Shown piece by piece: positions 1 through 10,486 of a DNA stretch of 64,000 nt; position 1 is the stretch's first letter; each line of letters opens with the position of its first letter. Source of the stretch: Pelagomonas calceolata (taxonomy: Eukaryota); assembly GCA_918797485.1 (NCBI GenBank), contig CAKKNE010000004.1, positions 2,914,001 through 2,978,000 on the forward strand, given 5' to 3'. The notes under the pieces are model-generated. The model worked only from the letters and a program-made list of their open reading frames with translations, was not told where the DNA came from and ran no database searches. Made by a program: the position numbers and the translations under genes.

Positions 1-649
1 TCGCCGGGCTGTTCGACCGCGAAGGCGGGCCGTCCGAGGCGTCGGTTCTAGGAGACCCGCAGAGGCCCATGGCGCCGGCTAATTCATCCGCTGGCGTCGG
101 CCCGGCGACGCCCGACGGCGGCGAGCTCACCTCGACGCGGTCGACGGTGATGTCGACGATGGGCGACTTGGGCGGCGGCGGCGGCGGGTCGCCGCGCGCG
201 AAGGCGTCGAGCAGCTCGACGACGTCTGTATGACCGTGGATCTTCGCGATCTCGCGCGCGAAGGCCGTCTCGGCGCCGCGCGAGAAGCCCCGCGCGAGGA
301 GCAGCGCGACGATGTCTGCGTGGCCGCCGCGCGCCGCCGTGTTCAACGCACTCAAACCAGATGTCGTCGGCGTCGCGATCGACGCCCCGCGCTCGATCAG
401 CAGCTCGCAGACGTCAAGCCGCCCGTTCTGGCAGGCGACGAGGAGCGGCGTCGTGCCGTCGCGCTCGCGGTCGACGGCGGCGCCCCGCAGCAGCAGGAGC
501 TTGGCGCACTGGTAGTGGCCGCCGGCACATGCGTACCACAGCGGGCTGCCCCCCGCCTCCCCCTCGTCGTCGACGCGGCAGCCCTCCGCGTCGAGGAGGC
601 GTCGCACGTCGTTCGTGCGGCCGCTGCGGGCGGCGGCGACGAGCTCCAT
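1..649 (-). CDS. Ankyrin-repeat protein (3' part runs off the window)
   Basis: Hand translation from ATG at 649: MELVAAARSGRTNDVRRLL...SPLWYACAGGHYQCAKLLLLRGAAVD...TTPLLVACQNGRLDVCELLIERGA...SALNTAARGGHADIVALLLARG, i.e. 3-4 ankyrin repeats. Not in the ORF track because its stop lies outside the window. Confidence 0.88.
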   Translation of the reverse strand, partial: MELVAAARSGRTNDVRRLLDAEGCRVDDEGEAGGSPLWYACAGGHYQCAKLLLLRGAAVDRERDGTTPLLVACQNGRLDVCELLIERGASIATPTTSGLSALNTAARGGHADIVALLLARGFSRGAETAFAREIAKIHGHTDVVELLDAFARGDPPPPPPKSPIVDITVDRVEVSSPPSGVAGPTPADELAGAMGLCGSPRTDASDGPPSRSNSPA

Positions 650-756
650 TCTTGTTTGACGGGGCAGCCCTAGGTTGCGTTCCTCCCCTTTTGGCTGTGA
701 TTTATCCTCGGGAGAGCACCCGGGAATCCGGATTTTCGGGAGAGTGGCAGAGCTCA

Positions 757-776
757 CTAGTGTGTCGACACGCTAG
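757..776. promoter_or_regulatory. Recurrent CTAGTGT-N-CGCTAG intergenic motif, copy 1
   Basis: CTAGTGTGTCGACACGCTAG, near-palindromic, about 110 bp upstream of the ankyrin ATG; eight related copies in the window. Confidence 0.6.
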
Positions 777-811
777 CTCCGACCTACGACTTGATTAGAG
801 CTACTTGAGTC

Positions 812-825
812 CTAGCACCGTAACA
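812..825 (-). other. Conserved post-stop element, core CTAGCACCGTAACA, copy 1
   Basis: Identical 14-mer at 37854-37867 and 48389-48402; all three lie downstream of minus-strand stop codons. Confidence 0.55.
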
Positions 826-862
826 ATGTGCAGTACAGGAAGGTGGCTACACAAAAACAGAA

Positions 863-1591
863 TTACCCAGAACCAGCCTCGACCTCCGCCTTGCTCCGCT
901 CCATCACCCCCATGAGATCCGTCGCAGCCCTGACGACGGCACCCGGCGGCGCCTGGCCGCGGCCCTCGAGGAACTTGAGGTACGCGACGAACGCGTCGGC
1001 GGCGTCGCTCGCGCAGACGAAGCGCGCCCAGGCGTGCGGCGCGGCCGCGGCCTCGGCGCGCCGCGCGACCGCGCGGCCGAGGAGCGAGAACGTCTGCGAG
1101 TGGACCGCCATCTGCAAAAAAGCCGAGCGCCGCTCGTCGCCGTCGCAGGCGTCGCGCGCGACGGCGGGCGCCGGCAGCGCGAGCCGCACCTGCAGCGCGC
1201 GGTCCGCGTACTGGACCATGGCCGCGACGACGCTCTCGATCGACGCGTCCGGGATCGCGCCGCCGGCCAGCGCCGCCGCGAATCCAAACACCGCGCGGTC
1301 GTAGTAGCGCAGCACCGCGCGCCGGCCTGCGGCGTCGTCCGCCGGCGCGCGCGCGTCGAGCGCCACGGCCATCTTCGCGTCGCGCGTCGCCTCGAGGGCG
1401 CGGCCCCGGGCCGCCGACTTCGCGTCTCTTTCTGCGCGGCGCTGGGCCGCTTCGTCGTCGGTTGTGTCCGTGCCGTTCAGGACTTCCTGCAAAGCTTTTT
1501 CAGCGGCCGCATCGGTCACCTCTAGTGCGGCCATGGCGGCGCCCAGCTGACCTATCGGGGCGAGCAGCTCGTCCATTTGGTCGCGGTCCAT
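863..1591 (-). CDS. Hypothetical helical protein (242 aa)
   Basis: ATG-initiated ORF with protein-like composition between clear intergenics; no recognised domain. Confidence 0.65.
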   Translation of the reverse strand: MDRDQMDELLAPIGQLGAAMAALEVTDAAAEKALQEVLNGTDTTDDEAAQRRAERDAKSAARGRALEATRDAKMAVALDARAPADDAAGRRAVLRYYDRAVFGFAAALAGGAIPDASIESVVAAMVQYADRALQVRLALPAPAVARDACDGDERRSAFLQMAVHSQTFSLLGRAVARRAEAAAAPHAWARFVCASDAADAFVAYLKFLEGRGQAPPGAVVRAATDLMGVMERSKAEVEAGSG

Positions 1592-1751
1592 TGTTGTACA
1601 GGGGGCTCTGGCCTAGCTCCAGCTATGCGCTAAGGCTTCCAGCTGGACGCGGAGCAGCTAAGTAGCGTTGCTGTCGCCTGCCTGACAACGCCGAAGAGTG
1701 CGCGCTTCCTGTCCTGCCTACAAAAAGCGCCGGCGCCGTGATTTTCTCGCG

Positions 1752-1774
1752 CTAGCGACACAGTAAGACACTAG
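1752..1774. promoter_or_regulatory. Recurrent CTAG-bounded motif, copy 2
   Basis: Reverse complement reads CTAGTGTCTTACTGTGTCGCTAG; lies in a divergent intergenic. Confidence 0.6.
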
Positions 1775-1919
1775 GAAGCGAAGCGCTTTTGGGCAAAGGA
1801 GCTGTTAAAGAAGCAGTTACGCGCGTGAAAACGCGCCACGCAGCGTCTCTACAGCAGCGCTACAAACGCAGGAAACCGCGACAAAGACGCGAAAGGCAGC
1901 GCACGAGCACCCTTGCAGC

Positions 1920-3527
1920 ATGGCCAAGACCAGTGCTTCCGCACTCGTTTGGGCCCTCGCGGCCGCGCGCGGATGGGCGCTCGTGGCGCCGAGCGCCGCG
2001 AACCACAAGACGCGCCTGCCCCCTTTACAAATGGGCGACTGGGCCGAGGCGAACGCCGCGAAGGCGCTGGACGCGCAGAAACGCATCGTAATGAAGTTCG
2101 GAGGGTCCTCCATCAGAGACGCGGAACGCGTCACGCACGTCGCCGATCTCATAGCGTCCAAAATTAGAGAAGGATTCACTCCGGCCGTGGTTGTGAGTGC
2201 CATGGGGACCACTACGAATGAGTTAGAAAGGGCCGGAGCGTTAGCTTTGGTCGATGGCATTGTTAGAGTAGACGAGATGCGCAAATTACATTTAGAAGTC
2301 TTGGATGAGCTCGAACTCCCAGCAAACGTGGGCTATGAGGTGAGACAACTACTCAGAGAGCTCGAATCGCTCTTAGATGGCGTGAGCATGGTCAGGGAAC
2401 TCACGCCGCGAACGAAGGACCTTTTAGTCAGTTTTGGAGAAAGGATGAGTTGTCGGATTGTGGCAGGCCAATTGAAGGAAGCTCATGACATCACGGCAGT
2501 CCCGATCGAAGCCTGGAATATAGGGTTAAGGACGGAGGGCGGCCACGGCGAAGCGCGGGTCGACGAGGAGTGTTACGACGACATCGCGCGAGCGTTGCGG
2601 TCGTCCATCGTCGAGCGGAACGAGGTACCAGTTATCACTGGTTATGTAGGGCACGACGCGGATGGTAGAGTTACGACTCTCGGTAGAGGTGGTAGCGATT
2701 TGACAGCTACTACATTGGCAAGAGCAGGGGCATCAGAGACACAGGAACCGCTCTTTGCGGAGGTCCAGGTCTGGAAGGACGTCGACGGTCTCATGTCTGC
2801 GGATCCGAAAGTCGTGTCGAACTCCGTCAACGTGCCCTTCGCTACCTATGAAGAAGCGGCGGAATTAGCTTATTTCGGGGCGTCTATTCTACATCCCACG
2901 GCTCTGAGACCGGCTCAAGTAGGGCAGTGTCCCGTTCGTATCAAAAATTCGTACAACCCGGACCATCCTGGTACGCTCATTGCCTCTCCGTCGAAGATCG
3001 ACGAGGAGCGGTCGCTGAAATCGTTAGAAAGGCCCGCATTGACGGCGATCACGGCGAAACGAGGCGTGACACTCGTGGATATTAGTTCTTCAAGGATGCT
3101 GGGCCAGCCCGGGTTTCTCGCGGCGATCTTCGAGGTCTTCGAGACGGACGGGGTCTCGGTGGATGTGGTGGCTACTTCCGAAGTTTCAGTCAGTCTGACG
3201 CTCGACCCCAAAGCTCATCTCGGCGACGAAGCTAAAAGATTTTTGTCGCCCAAGGGTCTGAAGCGCCTCGAGGACATCGCGCGCGTCGACGTGCGCGACG
3301 GGCGGGCCATCGTGTCCTTCATCGCGGACGTGGCTCGGTCCACAGAGTTGATCGCGCGCGTCTTCACGGTCCTCGCGCAGCGCGGAGTGAAAGTGGAGAT
3401 GCTGAGCCAGGGCGCGTCCAAGGTCAACATTTCATTAGTGGTCTTGGACGCCGACGCCGAGGAAGCTCTACGCATCATCCACGACGAGTTCTTTTCGACA
3501 TCGAAGGAGGCGGTCGCGTCGCGCTAA
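1920..3527 (+). CDS. lysC: Aspartate kinase, monofunctional, probably plastid-targeted
   Basis: VMKFGGSS, VVSAMG, TTLGRGGSD, WKDVDG and ELAYFGASILHP motifs; two C-terminal ACT domains (VDVVATSEVSVSLT, MLSQGASKVNIS); signal peptide plus transit-like leader. Confidence 0.95.
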   Translation: MAKTSASALVWALAAARGWALVAPSAANHKTRLPPLQMGDWAEANAAKALDAQKRIVMKFGGSSIRDAERVTHVADLIASKIREGFTPAVVVSAMGTTTNELERAGALALVDGIVRVDEMRKLHLEVLDELELPANVGYEVRQLLRELESLLDGVSMVRELTPRTKDLLVSFGERMSCRIVAGQLKEAHDITAVPIEAWNIGLRTEGGHGEARVDEECYDDIARALRSSIVERNEVPVITGYVGHDADGRVTTLGRGGSDLTATTLARAGASETQEPLFAEVQVWKDVDGLMSADPKVVSNSVNVPFATYEEAAELAYFGASILHPTALRPAQVGQCPVRIKNSYNPDHPGTLIASPSKIDEERSLKSLERPALTAITAKRGVTLVDISSSRMLGQPGFLAAIFEVFETDGVSVDVVATSEVSVSLTLDPKAHLGDEAKRFLSPKGLKRLEDIARVDVRDGRAIVSFIADVARSTELIARVFTVLAQRGVKVEMLSQGASKVNISLVVLDADAEEALRIIHDEFFSTSKEAVASR

Positions 3528-4190
3528 GTAAGAGAATGTATAGATTAGTACTGCCACGAAGATGAATCCGGGAAGGGACACGAAGTACCGCCTCCTCGCT
3601 CTTTTTTGTAAACGTGGGAGGACGCCCCTTTCCAATAGTGCGTGCAGCGCGACTTTGGAGGTGTCGTTTTGTAGAGCGACGTCGCATCTATCCAATTTCA
3701 GCGCGAGGGGCATCTGCGCGTCGATGCGCTTCTTTGCGGCCTCTTCATCAATGTTGTCTCTATTCATAACGCGTCGCAGCTGCGTCTCGGGCGCCGCGGC
3801 GACGACAATTGATAAAGCGCAGATTTTGTCGAGCTTGAACTCGAAGAGCAGCGGCGCATCCAGAATCACCAAAGACGTGCCGACACAGAAGTGATAGCCG
3901 ATGGCCTGGATCAGCGTTTTCGCAATAAAGGGCCGCATGACGGCGTCGAGCTTCCTTCTTTTCGCGACGTCGCCGAAGATGGCCGCGCCGAGCGCCGCGC
4001 GGTCCAATGTGCCATTCTTCACGACGCCGGGGAAGGCCCGGTCGAGCGCCCGCGTGCACCGCGTGCCCGGTTTCTGCAGGTCGTGCACGAGCTGGTCGCA
4101 GTCGATCACCTCAACATTTTGGGAGCGGAACCAGGCGGTGACCGTGGACTTGCCCGTGGCTATTCCTCCGGTTAAGCCGACTAGCAGCAT
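3468..4190 (-). CDS. coaE: Dephospho-CoA kinase with C-terminal transmembrane helix
   Basis: MLLVGLTGGIATGKSTV P-loop, LDRAALGAAIF, ILDAPLLFE and RIDAQMPL; ATG at 4190; the stop overlaps the end of lysC. Confidence 0.92.
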   Translation of the reverse strand: MLLVGLTGGIATGKSTVTAWFRSQNVEVIDCDQLVHDLQKPGTRCTRALDRAFPGVVKNGTLDRAALGAAIFGDVAKRRKLDAVMRPFIAKTLIQAIGYHFCVGTSLVILDAPLLFEFKLDKICALSIVVAAAPETQLRRVMNRDNIDEEAAKKRIDAQMPLALKLDRCDVALQNDTSKVALHALLERGVLPRLQKRARRRYFVSLPGFIFVAVLIYTFSYLARRDRLLRCRKELVVDDA

Positions 4191-4376
4191 CTCTGCTGGC
4201 TGCTTGTGTGCTGCGGAGTGTTGCTGAGTGAGTGCTGCACAGGCGGTGTGAGGTCTTGTCGATGGCGTGAAGCGCTGCTGACCGGTCGACAGGGTCCAGT
4301 ACGCTTCAGAAACGATTCGAATCGTCTTCAAGGCCCACCGTTATAGCCCAAAAACCAAGGGCCTGAGCTCAGTGAT

Positions 4377-4396
4377 CTAGCGTACCGACACACTAG
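4377..4396. promoter_or_regulatory. Recurrent CTAG-bounded motif, copy 3
   Basis: Reverse complement reads CTAGTGTGTCGGTACGCTAG; divergent intergenic between coaE and the dynamin gene. Confidence 0.6.
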
Positions 4397-4630
4397 CTCA
4401 GTTTTCATACTAGAAACCTGTTTTGGCCGCGGCATTTGCGCGGAGCCCTCCACCGTGTGGCAGACCCTCGCGAACACCTGGCACGCTGTGAACGACGCAG
4501 CGGTTGTAGCCGTCGCAGCGAGACGCCTCACGCGGTCCACAAAGACCAGCGCGAGCCGCATAACTCCTGTTCTACATCTAGTCGTTGGACCCGCGATCGG
4601 GACCCACAGCCCCCGTTAGGCAAAAACACA

Positions 4631-7080
4631 ATGGCCACGCCCCAACAACCGACGCGCGTTGTCGACGGTGCCGTTGTCGACACGCTCGCGCGGCTCCAGC
4701 AGCTCGCCGCGACGCTCGGCGCCACCGACGCGCTCGATTCGCTACCCCAGATTGTGGTCTTAGGCAGCCAATCAGCAGGCAAGTCCTCGACGATCGAATC
4801 GTTGGTAGGATTGTCCTTTTTACCTCGAGGCACGGGCATCGTGACGCGCTGCCCCCTCTTGTTACATTTAAGGCCGAGGGACACGGGGCCGGCGGATTAT
4901 GGGGTGTTCGGGCATGGGGGCGGCGCCCCGATCAGTGACATGGAGGCTATCAGAGCGGAGATCGAGGCGCAGACGGCGAGATTAGCTGGCGATGAAAAAG
5001 ACATTTGTGCTACTCCTATTGTTTTGAGATTGCACGTGGCCGGCGCTCCCTCCTTAACGTTGGTGGACCTACCCGGTGTCACAAGGGTTCCAGTCCGAGG
5101 CCAGCCCGACGATATTGGCGAGAAGATCAAGCGGTTGTGCCAGCAGTTCGCGCGGAACCCACGAGCCGTATTACTTTGTGTGAGTGCGGCGAACGCTGAT
5201 TTGGCTACGTCCGAGGCGTTAGTGTTGGCGAGAGAAGTAGATCGGGCCGGCGATCGCACCATCGGCGTGCTCACGAAGACCGACCTGATGGACCCCGGGA
5301 CGGACTGCGCGTCGATTCTGCGAAACGAGGTCTTTCCTTTGAGATTGGGCTACGTCGCTGTGGTTTGTAGGGGCCAGCGCGATTTGGACGAGGGCGGGAC
5401 TGTTGCGGCAGCGCAATCCAGGGAGCGGACGTTCTTCGCGAATCATGAAGTGTACGGTGCGCCTCGCCATCGAGAGTTGCTGGAACGGAGCTGCGGCATC
5501 GCCGTGCTGGCGCAGAAGCTCTCAGCTTTGTTAGTGGCAGCTACTCGAGAAGCGGCGCCTCATTTAAGACAGGCGTGTCGGGCGCGGCTCGACCAGGTCG
5601 AGAGCCGTGTGGAAATCACACCATCGACGCGACGTTGTCGCCGTGACCGCGTCGGTTCGATGGAACCTCACTGGTTGAATTTACACAGGTGGAGAGCCGC
5701 GCGGCGCAGCTGGGCGAGGAGGACTCGACGGGCGATCCCGCCCGAGTCGTCCTAGAGGCCGTTTTATTATACGCGAAGACGTACGCGACGCTGGCGCGCG
5801 ACGGGGCCGTCGGCGACGCGCGGTGGCTCGGGAATAGCGGCGACGCCGAGCTAAGGGGTGCTGCTCGACTCGCCCACGTCTTTGAACGCGTCTTCGCGGC
5901 GTCGCTGGCGAAGGCCGATCCGTTGGACGGTATTTCGGACGACGACGTGCGAGCCTGTCTGCTGGCGACGTCGGGTGCGTCGCCCGCGCTCTTCGCGCCC
6001 GAAAAGGCCTTCTACGCCTTGGTGCGGCAGCAGATTCAAAGACTGAGGGACCCGGGCCTGGAGTGCGTCGACCTGGTCTGCAGGGAATTGGAAAATTGCG
6101 CGGCACACGTGGCCGAGCCGCCCGTGGCGGACCAGAACGACGTGGTAGGCGCGGTGCCGGCGCCGTTAGCTCGATTGCGCCGGGCGCCGCGACTGCGAGG
6201 CGCGGTCCGCGAGGCCGTCGTCGAGATTGTACGGAAGGAAAAGGACGGCGCCAAGGAACGGGTCGCAGATTTAGTGGCTTGTGAACTCCAACACATCAAC
6301 ACGCGGCATCCGGACTTCGTGGCGGCTCTGTCGGACGTCACTGTTAGATTAGGTTGCCTCTCGGCGCCGTCGGCGGACTTCTCCGACGACGACATCGAGG
6401 ATAGAAGGATCGAGGAGGAGGAGCTCGAGGACACTTCCCCTGCTGAGCCCGAGCGGCGCGGCTGGTTCGGCGGGCTGCGGGGCGACTCCGTGACGCCGCC
6501 GCGGCGGTCGAATCGCCGCGAGTCGTTCGTGCTGAAGGATCAGCTCAAGCCGCGGCCCTACCAGAAGCCGCGGAAAGTCAAAGCGGATCCTTCTCATGTG
6601 GATGTGGTCAAGGCTCTAGTGCGGGCCTACTTCTCCGTCGTGCGCAAGACCTTCTGCGACCTCGTGCCCAAGATTGTGATGACCCACGTTGTCCACAAAG
6701 TTGAAGAGAAGATGCAGGCGACCCTCGTGGGTAGAGTTGCGGGCGCGGAGCACGCCGCTCTCTTGGAGGAGGACGCCGCCACCGCCCAAGAGAGAAGGGA
6801 GACGGCTCGGGCGCGCGACGGTTTGAGGGATGCGCTCCGCTTGCTCGACGACGTCCAGCACGCGCAGACGCCCGTGCGACACAGGGAGCGCGCGGACTCG
6901 CTCGAGGGCGGCTCGAGTCCCGCGCCGCTCACGCACAACAATGTTTCTACAAGAAGGCGGGACCGGTCGCCGGGGCCGCAGGGCTTCGCGCCTTCTCCCT
7001 CAAAGACGCCGCCGCGGAAGGGTGGCATCTCGGGCCTCGTCGCCGCGCGCAAGGAGAACTTCATGCGTGGGCGGCGCTGA
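4631..7080 (+). CDS. Dynamin-related GTPase (Dnm1/Vps1-like); exons 4631-5596 and 5689-7080
   Basis: G1 GSQSAGKSS, LPRGTGIVTRCP, G3 DLPG, G4 TKTD, middle domain (HINTRHPDF) and GED (AYFSVVRKTFCDLVPK); removing intron 5597-5688 joins the two ORFs in frame. Confidence 0.93.
5597..5688 (+). mobile_element. Short introner-derived GT-AG intron (92 bp)
   Basis: Element CCGTGTGGAAATCA...TTGAATTTACACAG (5605-5688) with imperfect TIRs; 8-bp TSD GTCGAGAG/GTGGAGAG; internal CCATCGACGCGACG shared with the long copies. Confidence 0.85.
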
Positions 7081-7144
7081 TCCCTCTATTCCCTTCTCCC
7101 ATCGAGTAAGAGTATTGCTTATGAACAGGGGGTAATAGTATGTA

Positions 7145-9038
7145 TCAGAAGTCCTCCGGCGCCACGTGGACGACCTTCGTGTTTTCGAACTCCTCCTCCG
7201 CCATCATCGCGCCGAAGCGGTCGAAGTAAACGATGACGACTATCATGTAGCACAGCGGCAGAGCGATCATCGCGCCGAGGTCGAGGTAACCCGCGACTCG
7301 ACGGGCAACAATCTCGGACGAGTCGCTCAGCTCGTGCTCCGTTACCAAGTCCTCCAGGCGCACGTTGGCGCCGAGACTCGCACCGCCGCCGCTCGGGGCC
7401 TCCTGGGCCTCCTCGTCGTCGCCGCCGGCTTCGGTGCCAGGGTCCGCAGGAACAACGCGGCGCCTCAGACCGGGACTGCTTAGCATGAGCGTCTCAGCGT
7501 CGCTACTCACATCTTTCCTATCGATGGCCGCTTGGACGCGCCGCAGGACGAAGTCCTTCCGGCGTTTTCTCTCGAGCTTCACAAAGGGCGCGAGCATGAG
7601 TCCAATAATTGGCGAGTGATAGGCCGCGAGACCGTCCGTCTGATAGATGTCTCCCACCAAATCATACCAGACTGGCAGCGTTATGCTCTGCCCGTGAAGC
7701 GATTCCAATTTCTTTCGGAGCTTGAAAAACTTGGCCGAAGGCAGTCCCAACTTTTTGACCGCCTCTTCGACCTCTTTCTTATCGAGCACGCCGCTGTGGT
7801 CGTGGTCCGCCTTGACGAAGGCGCTCACCAGCTCATGCTCGCTCATCACGCCAGTCGAGGTCTTCACGCCGTAGAGCGACACCGACAGCACGGAGACGGC
7901 GAGTGTAGCCCAGGAGAACGAAAACGAGATGACGTGGAGCATGGAGATGATGGTCATATTACCCGTCTTTGGCAGCACCTCGAACGCGACAATATAGATC
8001 GCGGCGCTCGTGAGCAGACACGTGATACCTGCGTGACGTCGGCGGGTGACGCCATCCCCGCGAGACGTCAGCAATTTTAATTTCAAGGACGCCGGGTCGC
8101 ACCGAGCGAGATCCGCTCCCCAGACTGGGGGTTCGCAACGAATGCCAGGAATCCCGCCAACGTGGTCAGTATCATCGGCACGACGAGGCCGTAATTGTAT
8201 GTTTCGCTGTGGCGCCGCATTCGAAACTTGTACTTTATTATCGGGTAGGGCTCAGGACAGCAATCGTAAAAGCCATCAACAGCCGCGGTCCGTACCTCCA
8301 CTAAATCGAACTCAGGATTCGGCTGGTACGACTCAGCGAATTTGAAGGGTATGGGTTCGTCTCCCCCTCTAGGCTTGATGTCGACCTGTAAGCCGTGCAT
8401 ACTCCAGCTGCCGAATTCGAACGTACATTCCTGCTGATCGAAGGGGAACGTCCGAGGCTTCATGGGGCAGGGTAATCTCGATTCGACGGGCACGGACCGG
8501 GCGACATAGCCGCTCGAGTAGACGTTCGGCTGGACGCCCCCAGGCACCTGAAATACGCTTTCCACAGCATCGTAGATGATGGTGTCTGGGATCCAGATCT
8601 GCTTGTGCTCGTCGTTGCCTGCGTGGATCAGTTTTTTCACGCCGACGAGCAGACGCGAAGTTAGTTCTACGCCGCGGCGGTACCGAAGAACGTGAGTTCC
8701 GTGATGCCGCCCCAGTCCGCAGGGTCCCACGCTAATCGAAGATCCGTCCACGAGTGCCGCCACCAGGAGAAGAATTGGATCTCCTGGTTAGTGGTGTCGA
8801 GCTTTTGGAATTGTTGCAGTGCCAACTGCACCGAGACGAGCGCTCCGCGCTCCGAACCAAAGCTCGGCGGTTGTACCGTCATGTCATAATTGGCGAGCAA
8901 GGCCTGTTTGAGCAGGGTCTCGTTCCTTTGCTTGTAGCATTCCGCATTTGTGCAGGTGGTATCGAGAGCTAGGCCGACGGGTCCCCCAGCATGCGCATGG
9001 GGCAGCCCCAGAAGGAGCAGCGCCCAGCTGGTCGCCAT
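7145..9038 (-). CDS. Cys-loop pentameric ligand-gated ion channel, alpha-nicotinic-like, with EF-hand; exons 9038-8684, 8618-8103, 8028-7145
   Basis: Signal peptide; WIPD; Cys-loop CPMKPRTFPFDQQEC; loop B FGSWS; loop C YDCCPEPY; M2 SGERISLGITCLLT; four TM segments; EF loop DHDHSGVLDKKE; collinear with the paralog at 48475-50288. Confidence 0.93.
8029..8102 (-). other. GT-AG intron (74 bp), absent from the paralog
   Basis: GTGCGA...CACGCAG; removal restores ISLGITCLL as in the paralog. Confidence 0.88.
8619..8683 (-). other. GT-AG intron (65 bp), absent from the paralog
   Basis: GTACCG...CACGCAG; removal gives FFGNDEHKQ versus FFGHDEHKQ in the paralog. Confidence 0.88.
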
Positions 9039-9442
9039 GGTGTGCCAAGGGGCAGGATCCCACGTTTTTGACAGTTTTAGACGCAGCCTCCCAGAACACA
9101 CTCGCGAATCCCACGCTTTGACGACAGAGTTTGAGAGTTTGACGACAGGAATGGCGGCGCTGATGCGAGAGCGTGCGCGTGCGGGTCGCGCCGCGCGTAC
9201 ACGCGGCTTCAGCAAGTGTCAGCGAGGGTGATGTGATGATACGTACCTATGGAATGATGAGGATTTAAGGGAGCTGTTTGAAATGGCGCTGAATTGGCGC
9301 TGCACAAGCTGCCATTGCGGCCGCCACGACGAGAGGTGTGAAGCCGCGCGGGCAGCATAAGTGCGCTGCCCGGACAGCGTTTCATCGAGCGACGCGACGA
9401 ACCAATACGACTTTGCAATTGTGATATGGCAGCGCATGGATA

Positions 9443-10456
9443 ATGCCAGCCTCTGCTGATGAATTGGCTGATCTGGAGGCCCGGCTCCTAGCCAAGCAGC
9501 AATTACAGTTCGATGCGCTTCAGAAGCGACTGCTGGGCAGCGTCGCCGCGCCGACGGCAGAGGAGATCGACCAGCCCTTTGCCGAGTATGCTCGGAATTT
9601 TTATGTGACCGCCGCTCTGATGCTCTGTCTCGTCGCATCGACGGTCTACCTCGCGTTCATCACCGCCGGGCTATACGGTAATGTGAGCCAAGTCACAATG
9701 CTTGCCTTCATGCCCTTTGTATATACAACGGGCTTTGGCCTCGTCTTCACTACGCTCGACTGCGAGATAGCAGGGAGGCGGGCTGTGCAGCTAGTTCGTG
9801 GATGTCACATCGGCATGATGCTGGCTGCACCAATTGTTTTTTGGCGCGCCGGCGAGCACGGTGATGCTTTAGTAATGTTCTTCTCGTTCGCATTAGATTC
9901 CATTTTATATCCCTGGCTCCTCAAAACTATCTGCGGACTCCTGAGAACGCGGTACGAGGGTTCGTTAACCGCCCAGGCGCAGTTTTACACCAGTCGAGCG
10001 CTCAAGATAGCCGGGTTCCAACTCGTGCTGTCCGTGTCCGCGGCGGCCCAGGGAATTGATGGGCTTGATACTTTTCCTCGGATTTGGGCAACGTTGACTT
10101 TTAGCACTGCGCTCCCACAGGTGTGGATGTTCCTGATTGGGGTCTTCGACGCTTGTGGGGTGGACCACCACGCGGCAGCTAAGCTTCGGGTCTCTCCCCT
10201 CCAAGCTGCGGCGCTCGCCTCTTGTGGCGCGCTAATCCTCTCGGGTTTGGCCGGGTACGTGCTGGCTGAGCAAAGGGACCCGAGCGAGAAGGCGGCGAGG
10301 CTCGTTATGTACGTGATGTTTATCGCGGTGTACCTTTGCATGCTTTTCGTCGGGAGGCTCCTTTGTGGCGCCCGTAAAACGATCTCCGGCGCGTCCCCGA
10401 GCGTGAAGCCGAAGCCGGCCGGGGGATTGGATGTGTTCGATATCCCCGGGGCATAA
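9443..10456 (+). CDS. Multi-pass membrane protein of unknown function
   Basis: Short N-terminal coiled coil followed by roughly 7-8 hydrophobic segments; 337-aa ORF filling the space between neighbours. Confidence 0.75.
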   Translation: MPASADELADLEARLLAKQQLQFDALQKRLLGSVAAPTAEEIDQPFAEYARNFYVTAALMLCLVASTVYLAFITAGLYGNVSQVTMLAFMPFVYTTGFGLVFTTLDCEIAGRRAVQLVRGCHIGMMLAAPIVFWRAGEHGDALVMFFSFALDSILYPWLLKTICGLLRTRYEGSLTAQAQFYTSRALKIAGFQLVLSVSAAAQGIDGLDTFPRIWATLTFSTALPQVWMFLIGVFDACGVDHHAAAKLRVSPLQAAALASCGALILSGLAGYVLAEQRDPSEKAARLVMYVMFIAVYLCMLFVGRLLCGARKTISGASPSVKPKPAGGLDVFDIPGA

Positions 10457-10486
10457 TTAATAACAAAGAGTATCTTACTCCACAAA

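Noticed and set aside
1920..4190. Bacterial operon or contamination suggested by lysC and coaE
   Set aside because: The genes are convergent, lysC has a eukaryotic targeting leader, and neighbours are intron-containing eukaryotic genes
9233..9292. Possible C/D-box snoRNA (GTGATGA...ATGATGA...CTGA)
   Set aside because: No convincing terminal stem and no rRNA-complementary guide that I could identify; needs snoScan or Infernal
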